From positions 416,001-480,000 of the forward strand of contig CAWKHF010000010.1 in assembly GCA_963849325.1 (NCBI GenBank): DNA of 64,000 nucleotides, given 5' to 3'. The notes under the pieces were generated by a model, which ran no database searches, was not told the DNA's origin, and saw only the letters and a list, made by a program, of their open reading frames with translations. Origin of the DNA: an uncultured Planctomycetota bacterium. Its GTDB lineage: Bacteria; Planctomycetota; Planctomycetia; Gemmatales; Gemmataceae. Each line of letters begins with the position of its first letter. Within the stretch, counting starts at the first letter, position 1. The position numbers and the translations under genes were made by a program. Shown one piece after another: positions 1 through 10,145 of the stretch.

Positions 1-105
1 CTCGTCGTCGCCCTGTATCCCTGGATGCGCGCCCTGAAACGTCGCCTGTCCCGATCGGCGGACACGCCTCCGCCGGCTTCCGATGAGTTGGAGATGACGA
101 CATGA
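1..105 (+). CDS. 3' end of an upstream gene (partial), product unknown
   Basis: Open frame from base 1 (LVVALYPWMRALKRRL...ELEMTT) ends in a TGA that overlaps the next ATG (ATGA at 102-105). Confidence 0.5.
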   Translation, partial: LVVALYPWMRALKRRLSRSADTPPPASDELEMTT

Positions 106-1041
106 ACCTGACTGCCGCTGTTGCCGAACCGTGTCCGCCGCCCGTCGCCGCGCCCATTCCGGGCCGGGCCGGCGAACGTGTGATGCGGATTGAACCCGAC
201 GTTTTCCGCGACAAGTTCAATCGACTGCCCTTCCTGGTCCCTCACCGGGTCACGCCCGAGCACCCGCTGTTCACCCTGCCGCGCCTCATCGAACTGGCTC
301 GTCGGCTGCCGGAGCAGTACGTCGAATACAACGCCGGCAACATCCCGGTCAGCATCGACTCGCGGCTGACGCCGCGCAACGGCCTGTCCATCGAGGAAAC
401 CATTCGCCGCATTGAGGAGCACTGCTCCTGGATGGTGCTCAAGCGCGTCGAGCAGGACCCCGAATACAAGGAGTTTCTCAATCAATGCCTCGATGACGTC
501 CAGGAGTATTCCGAGCCGCTCGATCCCGGCATGATGGACCGCGCCGGGGCGATCTTCATCTCCTCGCCCTCATCGGTGACGCCGTACCATCTCGACGCGG
601 AGTACAATTTCCTCTTGCAGGTCCGCGGCGTGAAGACGCTTCACGTCTTCGACGCGGCCGACCGCTCCATCCTCTCCGAAGAGGAGTTGGAGGAGCGCAG
701 CGCCGCCAAGGTCGTGCATCGCAACCTGGTCTTCAAGGACGAGTACCAGCAAAAGGCGATGGTCTTCGAGCTGAAACCGGGCTCGGCGCTGCACGTGCCG
801 TCGATGGACCCGCACTGGGTCCAGAACGGTCCCAACGTGTCCATCTCCTTCAGCGCCGGTTTCCTGACGCGGTCGGTATGAGCGCAAGAACGCGGTCCAT
901 TCGGTCAACCGCTGGCTGCGCAGTCTGGGTGTGTCGCCGGCCCCAGTCGGACGTTGCGGCCTGCGCGATTCGCTGAAGTATCAGGGCCACCGGGCCTGGC
1001 AGCGCGTCCATCGCCTTCTGGGCCGGGGTGACGAGGTATGA
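102..1041 (+). CDS. JmjC/cupin-like domain protein (putative Fe(II)/2-oxoglutarate oxygenase); frameshift near 878
   Basis: Metal motif TPYHLDAE...PHWVQNG. After one extra base the reading continues (YERKNAVHSVNRWLRSLG...) to a TGA at 1039-1041 that overlaps the next start. Confidence 0.75.
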
Positions 1042-2258
1042 TCGCTTCCGTAGACACCCTCGCCTCGGGACTCACCGCCTTCGTGCTGCGCGATGCCGCG
1101 ACCCTGGCCGAGCTGCGCGACGAATGGGCGGCGCTCCAACAGCGCAGCTCGGCCAACGAGCCGATGCTGAGTCCGACCTGGCTGTTGACCTGGTGGCGCG
1201 TCTTCGGGGGCCTGGACGGCCGGCAGTTGCGAGTCATCCTCTTCCGGCGCGGGGAGCGGCTGGTCGGATTGGCGCCGCTGCTGTTGCGGCGAGTGTGGCA
1301 TCACGGCCTGGTCCCCTTGCGTCGTCTCGAACCGCTCGGGACGGGAGAAGCGGAGGAGGACTCTATCTGCCCCGACTATCTGAATGTCATCGCGGAGCGT
1401 GGCGCCGAGGAAGCGATTGCCTCGGCGCTGGCCTACCTCCTTGCCGGCGGCACGGCGGGAGCCTGGGACGAACTGGTGATCCCGAAGATGGATGGCGAGG
1501 GCGTCCTGACGTCCCTGCTGGCCAGCGCCTTCACGCGCGCCGGTTGCCCCGCCGCCGTCACCGTTACGGACGCCGCTCCGTTCATCGCATTGCCGACGAC
1601 CTGGGAAGCGTACTTGAAAGCGCTGTCGCCATCGCGTCGCTATTACGTCAACCGCTCGCTGCGCGATTTCGACAAGTGGTGCGGAGGGTCCGTTGAGGTC
1701 CGCTGTGCGGCTTCGCCCGCGGAACTGGAGGAAGGTCGCCGCGTCCTGGTGGCGTTGCATCAAGAGCGCTGGACCAGCGCCGAGCGATCGGGGGTGTTCG
1801 CCTCGCCGCGCTTCGCCGCCTTCCACGAGACGATCCAGTCCGAATGGCTGGAGAACGGCAACCTCGAATTGTTATGGCTGTGTGCGCGGGGCGAGCCGGT
1901 CGCCGCGGTTTACAACATCATCTGGGAGGGGAAGGTTTATTTCTACCAGAGCGGGCGAAAGATGGATGTGCCCGACGGCGTTCGGCCGGGCGTGGTCCTG
2001 CATGCGCACGCCATCCGCCGAGCCATCGAGCGCGACCGGCGCGAGTATGATTTTCTGGCAGGCGCGACGCGGTACAAGACGCAGCTGGCCCTCGCCAGCC
2101 GGCCGCTCGTCCAGCTGCGGGCGGTGCGTCCGTCGCTGCGCGAATGGGCGCAGCGAGCCGTCGAGGGCGGCGTCGCCGGCGCCAGGATGGTCCGCAATCG
2201 CATCCGAGGCGCAATCGGGCCGAGTGTCCCGCCATACCCTCGACCGGCGGACGAGTGA
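1038..2258 (+). CDS. GNAT-family N-acetyltransferase (CelD/BcsL-like, Acetyltransf_6)
   Basis: 406-aa ORF with LSPTWLLTWW, VGLAPL, YFYQSG, RPGVVL and YDFLAGATRYK motifs; translationally coupled to the cupin gene. Confidence 0.85.
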   Translation: MIASVDTLASGLTAFVLRDAATLAELRDEWAALQQRSSANEPMLSPTWLLTWWRVFGGLDGRQLRVILFRRGERLVGLAPLLLRRVWHHGLVPLRRLEPLGTGEAEEDSICPDYLNVIAERGAEEAIASALAYLLAGGTAGAWDELVIPKMDGEGVLTSLLASAFTRAGCPAAVTVTDAAPFIALPTTWEAYLKALSPSRRYYVNRSLRDFDKWCGGSVEVRCAASPAELEEGRRVLVALHQERWTSAERSGVFASPRFAAFHETIQSEWLENGNLELLWLCARGEPVAAVYNIIWEGKVYFYQSGRKMDVPDGVRPGVVLHAHAIRRAIERDRREYDFLAGATRYKTQLALASRPLVQLRAVRPSLREWAQRAVEGGVAGARMVRNRIRGAIGPSVPPYPRPADE

Positions 2259-2377
2259 GTCGAGGGAGGAAGTTGCTCACCTCCAGCTGATCAATCCTTG
2301 ATCGGCTATTCATTCGGAGACTCGGCCGGCGGCAGATCCCAAAGGCGGATGGTGAAGTCCTCGCCCGCCTGGTTATT

Positions 2378-3329
2378 CTACTCGAACAACTTGCTGACCG
2401 ACTCGTTGAGGTGGATGCGCTTGATGGCGTCGGCCAGCAGCCGCGACACGCTCAGAATGGTCAGGTTGGCGAGCTGCTTGTTCGGCGGCACCGGAATGCT
2501 GTCGGTGACGACGATCTGGCGGATCGGCGCGTCGCGCAGTCGTTCGATCGCCGGGCCGCACAGCACGGCGTGCGTGGCGCAGGCGTAGACCTCGCGCGCC
2601 CCGTTGCGCTTGGCCACGTGGGCGGCGCCGACGACGCTGCCGGCCGTCGAGATCATGTCGTCGAAGATCACCGCCACCTTGCCTTCCAGCGAGCTGCCGA
2701 TCAGGTTGGCCTGCTTCGTCTCGGTGGCGCTGGCGCGGCGCTTATCGACGATGGCGATGGCGCCGCCGAGCTTCTTCTGGTGCAGCAGCGCCTTCTTGAT
2801 GCTGCCCTCGTCCGGGCTGAGGACGACGAGGTCGCTGGTCGGGATGTTCAGCGAGCGGATGTACTCGTTGATGACCGGGCCGGCGTGCAGGTGATCGACG
2901 GGGATGTCGAAGAAGCCCTGGATCTGGGCGGCGTGCAGGTCGAGGGCGAGCACGCGATCGGCGCCGGCGGAGGTGAGCAGGTCGGCGACCAGCTTGGCCG
3001 TGATCGGCACGCGGCCCACGTCCTTGCGGTCCTGGCGGGCGTAGCCGTAGTAGGGCAGCACGGCCGTGATGCGCGCGGCGCTGGCCCGCTTGAAGCTGTC
3101 GAGCATGACCAGCAGTTCCATCAGGTTCTCGTTGACCGGCGGGCAGGTCGGCTGCACGAGAAAGACGTCGCGGCCGCGCACGTCTTCGTCGATGCGCACC
3201 AGGTTCTCGCCGTCGGGGAAGTTGTCCAGGGTGATCCGGCCCGAGCGCGTCGCCGAGGTGGCGGGCGATCTTCTCGGCCAGGGCGATGTTGGCCCGGCCG
3301 CTGAAGACTTTCAATCGGTGGTTGTTCAT
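2378..3329 (-). CDS. prs: ribose-phosphate pyrophosphokinase; frameshift near 3240
   Basis: MNNHRLKVFSGRAN start, PYYGYARQDRK, DLHAAQIQGFFD and the PRPP-binding motif VIFDDMISTAGS. Confidence 0.95.
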
Positions 3330-3459
3330 GGTCCGTTGCACTTGAGTTGACCTCACCGGCCGCCGCACTCGGCGCTCCTCTCTGACAGGATACGCATTCG
3401 GAAGACGGAGGGAAGCGACGGTCCCCGGCAGCGGAAAACGAGACGCTTGCGGCCGGGCG

Positions 3460-4641
3460 TCACTCTTCCTTCGATTCGGCCATCTCGGTCCCGGGAGGAG
3501 GCGTCGCCTCCGCGAAACGGGCCAGTCCGAACGGCGTCAGTTCCAGGTCGCCCGCCGTGTTGTCCACGATCCATTGAGTCAGGACCTGGCCGGCCAGGGG
3601 CGACGAGCAGGAAGTTGTCGCCGCCGAAGCCGGCGGCGCAGTAGGCGCCCTCCAGGCCGGGCAGGCTGTCGAGAATGGGTCGGCCATCCGGCGTGAGGTC
3701 GGTCAAGAGAGCATAGCCGCCGCGACCGAAGCCGCAGTGCATGGCCGGATAGCGGCGGATCAGACGCTGGCGGATGGCCGACAGCCAATCGCCGTCGGCG
3801 GCCTCGTTGTAGGAGTCGGGATCGAGCAACGGCTCGGTCGGCGGCGTTGCCAGGTCGCCGGCGTGGATGAGATCGCCCTGGGCCGGCCGCAGATACAGCC
3901 CCTGCACGAAGTCGGCGATGACGACGCCGCGCCGGCCGCTGTCGGCGGGACGGCGAAACAGCGCCACACTGGCGCGGGCCGGCCGCACCGGCAGATCGAT
4001 CCGTACCGTAGCCGGCAGCCGCGCCGCCCAGGCGCCCGTGGCCAGCACCAGCCGGCCGCAGTCATATGGCCCTTCGTTGGTCTCGACGCCCACGACCCGT
4101 CCCTTGTCGGCGCGGACGCCGCGGACCTCGACGCCCTGGCGGAGGTCGGCGCCCTCGCGCGCGCCGCCTCGGCGAAGGACGCCACCACCTGTACCGCCTC
4201 GACGTAGCCCGCCGCTCGCTCGAACAACGCCGCCTCATCGTCGGCCAGGCGAGCGTTGGGGTCCACCTCCATCAGTTCCTGCGGCGAGATCAGCCGGACG
4301 TCGATGCCTATCTCGCGCTGCCGCTCCAGGTGGTCGCCCAGTTCGGCGCGCTCGGCCTGGGAGACCAGCTGGACCATGCCGGTACGCCAGAATACGGGCG
4401 GTCCACCGATCAGGTCGGCGAAATGCTCGAAGACGGGCATGCCGCGGCGGGCCAGGTTGGCCGTCAAGGGGTCGCGGTGGGCCTGGTGGATCAGGGCGGC
4501 CGACTTGCCGCTGCCGCCGGCGCCGAGGAAGGCTTTTTCGACCAGCACGACGCGGCCGGGCCGGCGCTGGGCCAGATGGAAGGCGATGCTGACGCCGAGA
4601 ACGCCACCACCGACAATGAGGATGTCACAGGTATGAGACAT
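3460..4641 (-). CDS. FAD-dependent oxidoreductase (DadA/sarcosine oxidase/glycine oxidase family); frameshifts near 4150 and 3600
   Basis: N-terminal Rossmann motif ILIVGGGVLG, GGSGKSAA, VLATGAWA, TPDGRPIL and AAGFGG spread over three frames. Confidence 0.85.
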
Positions 4642-4763
4642 CGCCGGCTCCTCACCCGTAGGCGGCCCTCGCCAGCGTCAAGGGGGAGCGAGGGCGTCCT
4701 GATAACGGTAGCAAATCCGCGGCCGGGACGGTAGCCGGATTGACGGGACACGAGACCGGAGCG

Positions 4764-5543
4764 TCAGGACGTGAAAAACTCCGCGAAGCGTTCCTTGAAG
4801 GCTTTCAAACCGAGGTGGAAGACCCAGGCGTCGATGCCGACGGACAACATGCGACAGCCCAGCTCGACGCAACGGCGCGCGTGGGCGGCATCGCGCGGCA
4901 GGATGGCCCAGGGGATGCGGTTGGCACGGCAGGCGCGGGCGACTCGCTCGACGGCCTGCCACATGCGCGGATGGTCCCACTCGCCGGGCAGGCCCATCGA
5001 TTGGCTGAGGTCCGCCGGGCCGATGAACAGGAAATCGAGGTCGGCGATGGCGGCGATCTTCTCGACCTCCTCGACGGCGTCCACGTGTTCGATCTGCACG
5101 CCGACGATGCTCTCGGCGTTGGCGCGGCGGAAATACTCGGCGGCGGGCATCAGGCCGTAATGGCCGTCGGCGCCGGTGCCGTTGACGCCGCGCAGGCCGC
5201 GCGGATGAAACTTGGCCCAGTTCATCAGTTCCTCGACCTGGCGCACGCTGCGCACCATGGCCGCCATGACGCCGCCGGCGCCCGCTTCGAGCGGGCGCAT
5301 GACGGTGGCGTAATCGGTTGCGGTCAGGCGGACGAAGTTGTCCAGGCCGCAGCCACGCGCGGCGCGAGCCGCCTCCTCGATCTGCGGCATCGTCAGGCCG
5401 ACGTGCTCCTGATCGAACCAAACCGCGTCGAAGCCCCCCTGCCAGGCGACCATCTCGACCAGCTTGGGATTGCAGAGCTGGCCCAGCGCGAAGACCTTGA
5501 TGACGCGCTCTCCAGCCAGCAACGATTTCAGATGGGCCCCCAT
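4764..5543 (-). CDS. HpcH/HpaI aldolase family protein
   Basis: FDAVWFDQEH, KFHPRGLRG, VQIEHVDAV and FIGPADLS motifs. Confidence 0.9.
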   Translation of the reverse strand: MGAHLKSLLAGERVIKVFALGQLCNPKLVEMVAWQGGFDAVWFDQEHVGLTMPQIEEAARAARGCGLDNFVRLTATDYATVMRPLEAGAGGVMAAMVRSVRQVEELMNWAKFHPRGLRGVNGTGADGHYGLMPAAEYFRRANAESIVGVQIEHVDAVEEVEKIAAIADLDFLFIGPADLSQSMGLPGEWDHPRMWQAVERVARACRANRIPWAILPRDAAHARRCVELGCRMLSVGIDAWVFHLGLKAFKERFAEFFTS

Positions 5544-5595
5544 GTTTATCCTTTCAACAAGCCGCTTGCGGCCTAGCGCGAAAGAGGAGTATTTG

Positions 5596-5650
5596 TCCGA
5601 GCCTGAAGCGTCAGCGAAGAGCATCCCTTCGCTTACGCTTCAGGCTCGGA
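5596..5650. repeat. REP-like palindrome, family A, copy 1
   Basis: TCCGAGCCTGAAGCGTCAGCGAAG-spacer-CTTCGCTTACGCTTCAGGCTCGGA inverted repeat; near-identical copies at 7937, 13058, 19993 and 43272. Confidence 0.9.
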
Positions 5651-7849
5651 GTCCGGCTGGATGAGCAAGCGTCGGAACTCGCGCACGCGCTCCACGTCCA
5701 GCCCCTCCGGTTGATGCTCCAGCAGCCAGTCCACGTCTTGCAGTGCTCCCGGACGATCGCCGGCCTGATAACGCAGCCCCGCCCTCAGTCCGCGTTCCGC
5801 CGCTGCCTCGGGGTCCACCGTGACGATGGCGTTGACGTAGCGGAGCATACCGTCGCTGTCTTTTTCGTCGCGGGCCACGTTGAGCAAGTTGTGCAGCATG
5901 CGGACGATGATGGCGCGTTTGCGGATCGCCGCCAGGTGCTCGTCGCGCAAACGGCGGCCGGTGATGTCGAGTACCTTCCGCGCCGCCTCGTCACGGCTAA
6001 GTGTTTGTCCGCCCTCGTACACATCGATCAGCCGCGCCTCCCCTTTGGCCGGAACTTGCCGGACGACGAAATGACCGGGCAGGCCCACGCCCTCCAGCCG
6101 CACGCCCAGCCGGCGTCCCAGCTCGCTATACAGCACCGACAGGGTGATGGGCAGACCTTCGCGGTCGTCGATCACCTCGGAGAGATAGCTGTTGGAGCGA
6201 TTGTAGTAATCGCCGCGGCTGCCGTGGAAGCCGCGCTCCTGGAACAAATACTTGTTCAAGGCGGCGAGACGGGCGGCATCGTCGGCGCCCTTCGGCAGAC
6301 GCGCGGCGATCGTGTCGGCCATGCGCTCGACCTCGTGGCGGTAGGCGTCCACGTCCACGTCCTCGTTGTCCAGGCGAGCGATCAGCAGCGCGGCGTATAG
6401 CAGATCGATGTTTTCTTCCTTGCCGTGCAGCACGCGCACCAACTCCGCCAGAACATTGTGCTGATGCACGGCCGCGGACAGCTGCCGCAAGCGAGCGGCT
6501 TGTTGCTCCAGCTCGCGCGCCCGTTCACGAAGCATCTTCATGCCAGCCGGCCCAGCCGGGGCCAGACGCTGAACCATCTCCGAACCAGGCTTTGTTGTCG
6601 CCGGTAAGGCGTCGAGCGTTTGGCCGATTCGGGCCACGTCCGCAGCGGAAGCCTTCAGAGAGGGAACCTCTTTCGCCATGCGGAACTGTTTGAATTCGGC
6701 GACGGTATCGCGGAACTTCGCCAGGCCGACGCGCCCCTTCGTGTAGACGTCGTCGGTCGATTCGAGGACAGGCTGGTCGTTGACAAAGCAGCGGATACGG
6801 TCTTTCTCTAGTCGCACCTTGAGCGTGTTCCACTCCCCGCGACGATAGTGCGGGCTGGCCTTTTCTTCCAGCACCTTCCAGGTGAACACGTCCGGCCCAT
6901 CGAAACGGGTCAGGCGCAGCCGGCCGTTGGAGGGGTAGAAACCGTAATGCGCATCGCCTCCGTCGGAGTGAAAGATCAGGCCGGCGGCGCCGCTCTCGTC
7001 GCCGAGTTTCACGGCGACGGCGATCTCGTAGGGCAGAGGAGGCGGTTCGCGGCGCGACAGGCAGAGCGTCCGACCGCCGAAGCCCGTTCCCATCCCCTCG
7101 GCGATGATGCGGCCGGCACGCTGCCGCCATCGGCCGCCGAGCTTCGGCTGCCAGTCCGCGCCATCGAGGGCGCCGATGGTGAGCCAGGCCGACATCGGCA
7201 CCGGGTTGGGCTTTTTCAGCAGCGGCTTGAGCGTATTGATGGCGACAGCGAAACCGAGGTTGGGCGTCACCAGCGATTTGATGGTGAGGATGCCGTGGAC
7301 GCGGCCGTGCATGTCGAGCAAGGGTCCGCCGCTGTTGCCCGGCTCGATGGGGATGGCGACCTGGATCATCGGCCGGCCGTCAATGCGGCGCTGTCCCGAC
7401 ACCACCCCAGCGACGACACTGTGGGTCAGCCCCTGCGGGTTACCTATCGCCAGCACGGCTTGCCCGTCCTTCAAAGTCGCCGAGTCGCCCAGCTCCAGCG
7501 GCGTTAGCCCCTTGGCGTCGATGCGAAGGATGGCGAGATCGAGCTTGCGGTCGGCAGCGTGAATGGCCGTCACGTCATGGCGCTTGCCGTCGGCGGTTTC
7601 GACGCGGAGGGGCCGGCCCTCGCCGATGACGTGGCGATTGGTGGCGATCAGGCCGTCGGCCGACACCACGAAGCCGGTCCCCAATCCCTCGCGCTTGCCG
7701 TCCCGGCCCTGCACCGTGATGACGACGACGGAGGGACGGACCTTTTTCGCTAGTTCCTCGATGCCCGCGGTTTTCGCCGTCTCGGCAGCCCGCGGGAGCG
7801 GAGCACCAAACACGGCGAGGACGAAAAGAGAGCAGAGCCAGCGCGACAT
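5633..7849 (-). CDS. secreted trypsin-like serine protease fused to a DUF1080-like beta domain and a SirB1/transglutaminase-like + TPR C-terminus
   Basis: Signal peptide; catalytic triad motifs ATNRHV, DLAILRI and GNSGGP; middle region with WNTLKV...GRVGL; SirB1-type YYNRSNSYL...REGLPITLSVLY...GLPGHF. Confidence 0.8.
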   Translation of the reverse strand: MSRWLCSLFVLAVFGAPLPRAAETAKTAGIEELAKKVRPSVVVITVQGRDGKREGLGTGFVVSADGLIATNRHVIGEGRPLRVETADGKRHDVTAIHAADRKLDLAILRIDAKGLTPLELGDSATLKDGQAVLAIGNPQGLTHSVVAGVVSGQRRIDGRPMIQVAIPIEPGNSGGPLLDMHGRVHGILTIKSLVTPNLGFAVAINTLKPLLKKPNPVPMSAWLTIGALDGADWQPKLGGRWRQRAGRIIAEGMGTGFGGRTLCLSRREPPPLPYEIAVAVKLGDESGAAGLIFHSDGGDAHYGFYPSNGRLRLTRFDGPDVFTWKVLEEKASPHYRRGEWNTLKVRLEKDRIRCFVNDQPVLESTDDVYTKGRVGLAKFRDTVAEFKQFRMAKEVPSLKASAADVARIGQTLDALPATTKPGSEMVQRLAPAGPAGMKMLRERARELEQQAARLRQLSAAVHQHNVLAELVRVLHGKEENIDLLYAALLIARLDNEDVDVDAYRHEVERMADTIAARLPKGADDAARLAALNKYLFQERGFHGSRGDYYNRSNSYLSEVIDDREGLPITLSVLYSELGRRLGVRLEGVGLPGHFVVRQVPAKGEARLIDVYEGGQTLSRDEAARKVLDITGRRLRDEHLAAIRKRAIIVRMLHNLLNVARDEKDSDGMLRYVNAIVTVDPEAAAERGLRAGLRYQAGDRPGALQDVDWLLEHQPEGLDVERVREFRRLLIQPDSEPEA

Positions 7850-7936
7850 GGGACGATTCCCCTGAGTTCCAGGTGAGCAATCCAGGTAGGCTACGTCTAT
7901 TGTGCGGGAACGGCGGGGAAAATGCCACTGTTGAAG

Positions 7937-8004
7937 GCTTCTTTCGGAGCCTGAAGCGTAAGCGAAGAGCACTCTTCGCTTACGCTTCAGGCTCCGAAAG
8001 AAGC
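7937..8004. repeat. REP-like palindrome, family A, copy 2
   Basis: GCTTCTTTCGGAGCCTGAAGCGTAAGCGAAGAG-CA-CTCTTCGCTTACGCTTCAGGCTCCGAAAGAAGC. Confidence 0.9.
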
Positions 8005-8019
8005 TCGCTTGTTCGGGCA

Positions 8020-9315
8020 CTAGCCCCGCGCCCAGGCCGGCGGCTCGCGGAGTCGGTAGAGCATCTCTCCCGCCTTGGGCACGAAGAGAATGCCTTCCTC
8101 CTCGCGGTCCTGGTAGTCCGCGACCCGGATAGACAAAGGATCGCGGTAGCCGAGGTTGACGGCCCGGCAGACGGTTTCGGGAATCTGTGTTGCCAGCGTC
8201 ACCTGAATGCGCGGCTGCTCGACGCCGTTGTCATAAGTGCCGATGCCGCGAACGTGCGTCGAATGCGCCAGGATGCCCCACGGCTCGCCCTGGAAGCGCT
8301 CCCACTGGCCCAGGAAGTAATCGCGCGTGTGGTAGCCGATGCGCTCGATGAGACGGCCATGCGTCCGGGAAATGTCGCGGATGTGCGGGGCGTAAATAAT
8401 CAATTCCCCGCCGTCGGCGACTACCGGCTCCAGCTTGTACATGCACTTGCCGCCCACCCAGACCTCGTCGTACATCGGCGGCGCACACGAGAGGACGGTG
8501 TGAAAAGGGCGGTCCTTGTAAACGACGTGTAGTTTGTCGCTGAGGTCGGCGGCCTTCGACCACGCCGACTCGGGCGTGCCGGCGTACAGGCCGGCCAGCT
8601 CTCCTTCGTGGACGACCATGCAGAAGGCGAGTTTCGGGACGGGCACTAGAGCGGCGGCGCGGTTCACGACGCGGCGCACCGGCGTATTCTTGTTGCCGAT
8701 GATCTTCGGATTGGTGATGACCGCCCCCAGCCAGTGAAAGAAGTTGAGGACTTCGGGTCCGCTGATGCCGGGGAAAAGGTACTTGTTCCCTCCGGAAAAT
8801 CCGACTACCTCATGGGGGAAGACGGGGCCGACAATGATGAGCTGATCGTAGTCCAGGATGGCGCGGTTGATGGAAACGTCCACGTTCATCTCGAACAGGC
8901 CGCCGGACAGCGCGGCGATCTCCGCCGCTGGGATGGTGCCGAGGTGGATCAGGGCGGCGCGGTCGTCCCAGTCGTGGTTGAGCATCCGCACTCGGCCGTA
9001 CCTGGCTGCCCGCTCCTCGGGAGTGATTTCCAGGCGCCGATTGATCGCTTCGTCGCTCATCGGCGGATGCGTGCCCAGGGCGATCAGCACGTCGAGGCTG
9101 CGGGTCTCCGCGCCGAGGAGGTCGTGCAAGACGCGGAAGAGCAGGCCGACCGGCGCCGTTCGCGTCGCATCGGGCACGATCAGCAGCACGCGCTTGCCGG
9201 CGAGGTTGCAGGAAGACAGCGCCTGCGCCGCGATGTCGCGCACTTGCCGCTCACTCAGGGGAGGAGCGGCGGCCCCGGTCGTCTCGCCGGGCCGCTTCGA
9301 GGTCATCACCGCCAT
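8020..9315 (-). CDS. LarA (lactate racemase)-superfamily epimerase/racemase
   Basis: LIVPDATRT, IALGTHPPM, VFPHEVVGFSGGNKYLFPG and GGKCMYK motifs. Confidence 0.85.
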   Translation of the reverse strand: MAVMTSKRPGETTGAAAPPLSERQVRDIAAQALSSCNLAGKRVLLIVPDATRTAPVGLLFRVLHDLLGAETRSLDVLIALGTHPPMSDEAINRRLEITPEERAARYGRVRMLNHDWDDRAALIHLGTIPAAEIAALSGGLFEMNVDVSINRAILDYDQLIIVGPVFPHEVVGFSGGNKYLFPGISGPEVLNFFHWLGAVITNPKIIGNKNTPVRRVVNRAAALVPVPKLAFCMVVHEGELAGLYAGTPESAWSKAADLSDKLHVVYKDRPFHTVLSCAPPMYDEVWVGGKCMYKLEPVVADGGELIIYAPHIRDISRTHGRLIERIGYHTRDYFLGQWERFQGEPWGILAHSTHVRGIGTYDNGVEQPRIQVTLATQIPETVCRAVNLGYRDPLSIRVADYQDREEEGILFVPKAGEMLYRLREPPAWARG

Positions 9316-9328
9316 CGCACTGCCCTCT

Positions 9329-10141
9329 CTAGATGGTCATGGACGAGAAGCCGCCGTCCACGACGATGTTCTGGCCGGTGACGAAGGAGGAGGCGCGGGG
9401 CGAGGCCAGCCAGATGACCGCGCCGGCCAATTCGTGCGCCTCGCCGAAGCGGGCCATCGGCGTATGGCCGACGATCTGCCGGCCGCGCTCGGTGTAGGTG
9501 CCGTCCGGCTGCATGAGCATGGCCCGGTTCTGCTCGGCGGGAAAGAAGCCGGGGCTGATAGCGTTGACGCGGACGCCTCGCGTCGCCCATTCGCGCGCCA
9601 GAAACTTTGTCAAGTTGAGCACTGCCGCTTTCGACGCCGAGTAAGCGACCACGCGCGACAGCGGCAGGATGGACGCCATGGAGGCGATGTTGATGATGCT
9701 GCCCCGTCCGGCCGCGACCATCCCTTCGCCGAAGACCTGCGACGGCAGTAGGGTGCCGCCCACGAGGTTCAGGTCGAAGACGCCCTGCCACGCCTCCAGC
9801 GGCAGCTTGCAGAAATCGCCTCCGGGCGGCAGCGTCGCTTCCGCCCGGTTGCCGCCGGCGCCGTTGATGAGCACTGTGACCTTGCCCCATTGGCCCAGGA
9901 TGGCGTCGCGGGCACGCATCAGGGAATCGCGGCTGCCGGCGTCGGCCGTCTGGAAGATGGCGCGGCCGCCGGCCGCCTCGATGCGGCGCACCCGTTCTCG
10001 CCCGCGCTCCTCATTGCGACCGACGACGGCCACGCGCGCGCCGGCGCCGGCCAGCGCCTCGGCCATCGCGCCGCCGAGGACGCCGGTGCCGCCAAGGACA
10101 ACCGCCGTCTCCTCCTCCAGATTAAAAAGATCGTTTTTCAT
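9329..10141 (-). CDS. SDR oxidoreductase, probable D-mannonate oxidoreductase (UxuB-like)
   Basis: GGTGVLG, INGAGGN, PLSRVVAYSASK and NAISPGFFPAEQNR motifs; adjacent to uxaE. Confidence 0.8.
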   Translation of the reverse strand: MKNDLFNLEEETAVVLGGTGVLGGAMAEALAGAGARVAVVGRNEERGRERVRRIEAAGGRAIFQTADAGSRDSLMRARDAILGQWGKVTVLINGAGGNRAEATLPPGGDFCKLPLEAWQGVFDLNLVGGTLLPSQVFGEGMVAAGRGSIINIASMASILPLSRVVAYSASKAAVLNLTKFLAREWATRGVRVNAISPGFFPAEQNRAMLMQPDGTYTERGRQIVGHTPMARFGEAHELAGAVIWLASPRASSFVTGQNIVVDGGFSSMTI

Positions 10142-10145
10142 GGAA

